From contig CAWIFB010000006.1 in the NCBI GenBank assembly GCA_963835335.1, forward strand, positions 72,084 through 136,083: a stretch of DNA of 64,000 nt, in the 5' to 3' direction. The DNA is from an uncultured Chloroflexia bacterium. Lineage in GTDB: Bacteria; Chloroflexota; Limnocylindria; Limnocylindrales; CSP1-4. Numbering within the stretch: position 1 is the stretch's first letter; every line of letters starts with the position of its first letter. Below are positions 61,364 through 64,000 of this stretch, piece after piece. Below the pieces are notes generated by a model, which saw nothing but the letters and a program-made list of their open reading frames with translations, did no database searches and was not told the origin of the DNA. Position numbers and translations under genes: made by a program.

Positions 61364-61845
61364 CGGTGCTCCTTCGGCTGCGGTTGCTGGGACACCGTAG
61401 ACCGGCGCGGGTCGACAGCGCTTCTTCCCGATTGCTGTCCGTCCGGATGCGGCCGCGTCCACATCAACACCACGCAGCCGGGGATCGGTGGGACGCCGGT
61501 CCTCGCGATCGCGTCGGCGCGGTATTCGCTGGGCGACTGTCCGACGAGGTCGCGGAACCGCGCGCTGAACGAGCCGAGGCTCGCGAAGCCGACCAGCAGG
61601 CAGATCTCGGTGACGGACAGGTTCGCGGTCCGAAGGAGGGTCTTCGCGCGCTCGATCCGGCGCCGCGTCAGGTACGCGCGAGGCGTTTCGCCGTAGGCCG
61701 CCCTGAACGCGCGGGCGAAGTGGAATCGGGAGTAGCCGGCTTCGCCGGCCATGGCGTCGAGGTCGAGCGGCTCCGCGAAGTCGCGATCGATGAGGTCGCG
61801 AGCCCGCCTCAGCGCCGGCAGGAGGAACAGCGCGTTCTCGGTCAT
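61360..61845 (-). CDS. AraC-family transcriptional regulator (short, HTH-only type)
   Basis: LDLDAMAGEAGYSRFHFARAFRAAYGETPRAYLTRRRIERAKTLLRTANLSVTEICLLVGFASLGSFSARF. The start could be ATG 61845 or 61860. Confidence 0.85.
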   Translation of the reverse strand: MTENALFLLPALRRARDLIDRDFAEPLDLDAMAGEAGYSRFHFARAFRAAYGETPRAYLTRRRIERAKTLLRTANLSVTEICLLVGFASLGSFSARFRDLVGQSPSEYRADAIARTGVPPIPGCVVLMWTRPHPDGQQSGRSAVDPRRSTVSQQPQPKEHR

Positions 61846-61929
61846 CCAGGTACCCCGCATGACGCTCGCAGATGCTGAATCACCGCGCCCCGCCAGACGA
61901 CGGGGCGCGGCTCGAGGACGAACGACGAC

Positions 61930-63591
61930 CTACCGGCCGACGTCCCGCCTGGCCATCCCCCACGCGCCGAGCAGGATCCCGGCCGCGGCGATCGCCACCG
62001 CGGCAACGATCCCCACGACGTCCCAGTGGCCGGCCATCGGCTGACCGAAATGCACGGTGAGCGCCAGCTGGTGGACCCAGTCCGGCAAACCGAGCGGGGG
62101 CGCCAGCAGGCCGATCAGATACGTCACCACGACGAACAGGGCGACGATCTCGGCGGCGATCGACGTCCGCCACAGCCCGCCGACGGCGACGCCGATGCCG
62201 ATCAGCGCGGCGCCGTAGAGGCCGAGGGACACCGAGCCGAGCATCGCATCGCCCGCGGGCACACCGCCCGAGGCCGCGCCAAGCCCGACGCCGAGCGCGA
62301 ACACGAGCGTCATGACCGCGACCGCGCCGAGCGCCGCGAGCCCGCCGGCGAGCACCCACGTGGAACGGCGAAGGGGCGTGGCCAGGAGCTCCTCGAGCCG
62401 GCCGCCGGTCTCATCGGACGCCCACTTGGACACGAACGTCGCCGCCGCGAACCCGGCGACGATGTAGAACAGCTCGACGAACAGCTGCAGGAACCCCCCC
62501 GCCGTCGTGAGGTCGAGACCCGGGAAGCCCGTCTGCAGGACCTTCAGGAGGTTCTCGTCGCCCGAGAGCTGGCTCGTCATCTCACCGGCCAGCGACGCCA
62601 GCATCACGCCGAACAGGCCGATCCCGATCCCCCAGGCGAGGGCGCGCGGCAGCTGGTCGCCGAACGCCCGGCTGATGGGACCGCGAACCCCGAGCACGGC
62701 GGCCGGGAGCATCGGCAGCCCGAGGCCCGCGGTGACCCCGAGGTCGCGTCGGTTGAACGCCTCGATGCCGATCACCAGCAGCGCGGCGGCGACGACGCCG
62801 ACCAGGGCCACGCCGGCCCAGTCGTACTCGCCGACGAGCGCGACGTGGTTGCCCATCCAGTGGTACGGGCTGAGCAGGGCGAGCGGTTGCATGTCCATCG
62901 TGTGCGCCGTCCACAGGACCGCCGCCGCGATCGCGGCGACCCCCGCCGACCCGGCGCGTCCGAGCAGTGGCGCGAGCGCGAACGCCAGGCCTCCGAAGAA
63001 CAGCGCGCCGAAGCCGAGCCAGAGCGCGAAGCCGAAGGCGGACAGCGGCTCGATCTGGTCGCCCAGCGCGGCATCGCCGAAGGTGTTCGAGCTGACAATC
63101 AGGGACACCACCATGATGCCCAGCACCAGCACCAGCATGGTGAGGTGGGCGGCCAGCTTCTCGATCGCGATCCGGCGCTTGCCGTGCGGGCCCGTGGCGA
63201 TGAGGTCGAGGCTGCCCCGGCTTGCCTCGCCGGCAAGGGTGCCGGACAGCGCGAGCACGGACCACAGGGTCGTGATCAGCACCATCGTGAGGCCGTACTT
63301 CCAGGTCAGATAGCCGCCCAGCGTTCCGAGCTTCTCGGGCTTGCCGAAGAAGTCGACCATCTGCGCGGGCATGCCGCCGATGAGCTTGTCGATCTCGAGC
63401 CGGGACGCGGGCGTCGGGAACACGCTGGACACCGCCGCGCCCATGACGAGGGTCACCCCGCCGAGCAGGCCGGCGGCGATGATGAACGCGAGCCGCGAGT
63501 CGCGGATCGTCTTCGCGTAGATGCTCCCGAATCCGTAGATCCGGCTGAGCCCCGACGGCCGAATGGCGGGCGTCGCGGCGTGGGCGGTCAT
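61930..63591 (-). CDS. ABC-2-type transporter permease (12-TM, duplicated)
   Basis: A 553-aa highly hydrophobic ORF. Its start overlaps the stop of the upstream ATPase gene. Confidence 0.8.
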   Translation of the reverse strand: MTAHAATPAIRPSGLSRIYGFGSIYAKTIRDSRLAFIIAAGLLGGVTLVMGAAVSSVFPTPASRLEIDKLIGGMPAQMVDFFGKPEKLGTLGGYLTWKYGLTMVLITTLWSVLALSGTLAGEASRGSLDLIATGPHGKRRIAIEKLAAHLTMLVLVLGIMVVSLIVSSNTFGDAALGDQIEPLSAFGFALWLGFGALFFGGLAFALAPLLGRAGSAGVAAIAAAVLWTAHTMDMQPLALLSPYHWMGNHVALVGEYDWAGVALVGVVAAALLVIGIEAFNRRDLGVTAGLGLPMLPAAVLGVRGPISRAFGDQLPRALAWGIGIGLFGVMLASLAGEMTSQLSGDENLLKVLQTGFPGLDLTTAGGFLQLFVELFYIVAGFAAATFVSKWASDETGGRLEELLATPLRRSTWVLAGGLAALGAVAVMTLVFALGVGLGAASGGVPAGDAMLGSVSLGLYGAALIGIGVAVGGLWRTSIAAEIVALFVVVTYLIGLLAPPLGLPDWVHQLALTVHFGQPMAGHWDVVGIVAAVAIAAAGILLGAWGMARRDVGR

Positions 63592-64000
63592 TGCTGCACC
63601 TCCTGCGGCGGCTGGGTGCCGTACTGGGCGAGGAAGGTCTCTTCGAGGGTGGGCTCGCGGCTCACGAAGTCGAGCAGGTCGTAGCGCGCCGCCGCCTGGA
63701 CGACCGGCGTGATCGCGCCCGCGACTCGCATCCGCAGGACGTGGTCCTCGACCACGAGCTCTGAAACGCCGGGCAGGCTCGCGAACGCCTCGGACGGGAC
63801 GCCGTCGGTAAACCGCAGCTCCACCTGGTGGTGGGCGAGGTCGCGCAGGCCCTCCACGCTGTCGACCTTCACCAGCGCGCCCTCCCGGATGATCGCGACG
63901 CGGTCGCAGGTGCGCTCGACCTCCGACAGGATGTGGCTCGACAGGAACACGCTCCGGCCTTCGGACCGCGCCTCGCGGACGACCGTGTAGAACGTCTGCT
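63588..64000 (-). CDS. ABC transporter ATP-binding protein, C-terminal part (5' end outside the window)
   Basis: [23 protein letters not shown] (H-loop region) plus the C-terminal regulatory domain. The ORF is open to the window edge. Confidence 0.85.
   Translation of the reverse strand, partial: QTFYTVVREARSEGRSVFLSSHILSEVERTCDRVAIIREGALVKVDSVEGLRDLAHHQVELRFTDGVPSEAFASLPGVSELVVEDHVLRMRVAGAITPVVQAAARYDLLDFVSREPTLEETFLAQYGTQPPQEVQQ

Overview
This 64-kb window is a very GC-rich, densely coding bacterial chromosomal segment. My hand counts give about 75% G+C in a typical gene. The gene style looks Actinomycetota-like: GTG and TTG starts, many ATGA/GTGA/TGATG translationally coupled junctions, several ECF sigma factors and many lipoproteins. 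I support about 65 protein genes. I recognised no rRNA, tRNA, CRISPR array, transposase or integrase.

Layout from left to right:
- 1-3.5 kb: an ECF sigma with a fused ZAS domain (5' end outside the window), then an ArsR(BigR-like)/DUF302/OsmC/rhodanese/Cys-membrane operon.
- 3.7-6.9 kb: an OmpR-type two-component system with secreted neighbours.
- 6.9-12.4 kb: a fully coupled seven-gene, GntR-led molybdenum hydroxylase operon whose Mo subunit is split in two.
- 12.5-16.8 kb: an ECF sigma / anti-sigma with a BNR propeller, plus disrupted genes.
- 16.9-20.9 kb: a 1310-aa SARP-STAND-TM-solute-binding-domain fusion regulator.
- 21.8-28.2 kb: a second ECF sigma / anti-sigma with a PQQ-like propeller, a secreted beta-helix protein and a NarL-type two-component system.
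- 28.7-30.3 kb: a lower-GC HExxH toxin-like gene with a coupled immunity-like gene.
- 30.7-42 kb: small membrane and zinc-ribbon proteins, an AI-2E transporter, and a GT4 plus glycogen-debranching-type pair.
- 43-48.9 kb: a large DUF4118-GAF-PAS histidine kinase and a KdpE-like response regulator.
- 49.5-58.6 kb: an L-fuconate-type oxidative 6-deoxyhexose pathway with an ABC importer and a LarA-family gene.
- 58.8-64 kb: methyltransferase, VOC, AraC and ABC-2 genes.

Two themes recur. Nine genes need single-base frame corrections to give their conserved full-length products, and at least two of those sites lie in G4/C4 runs. There are also several short tandem repeats, mostly intergenic. The most interesting candidates are the membrane-spanning SARP-STAND-SBP regulator and the toxin/immunity module.
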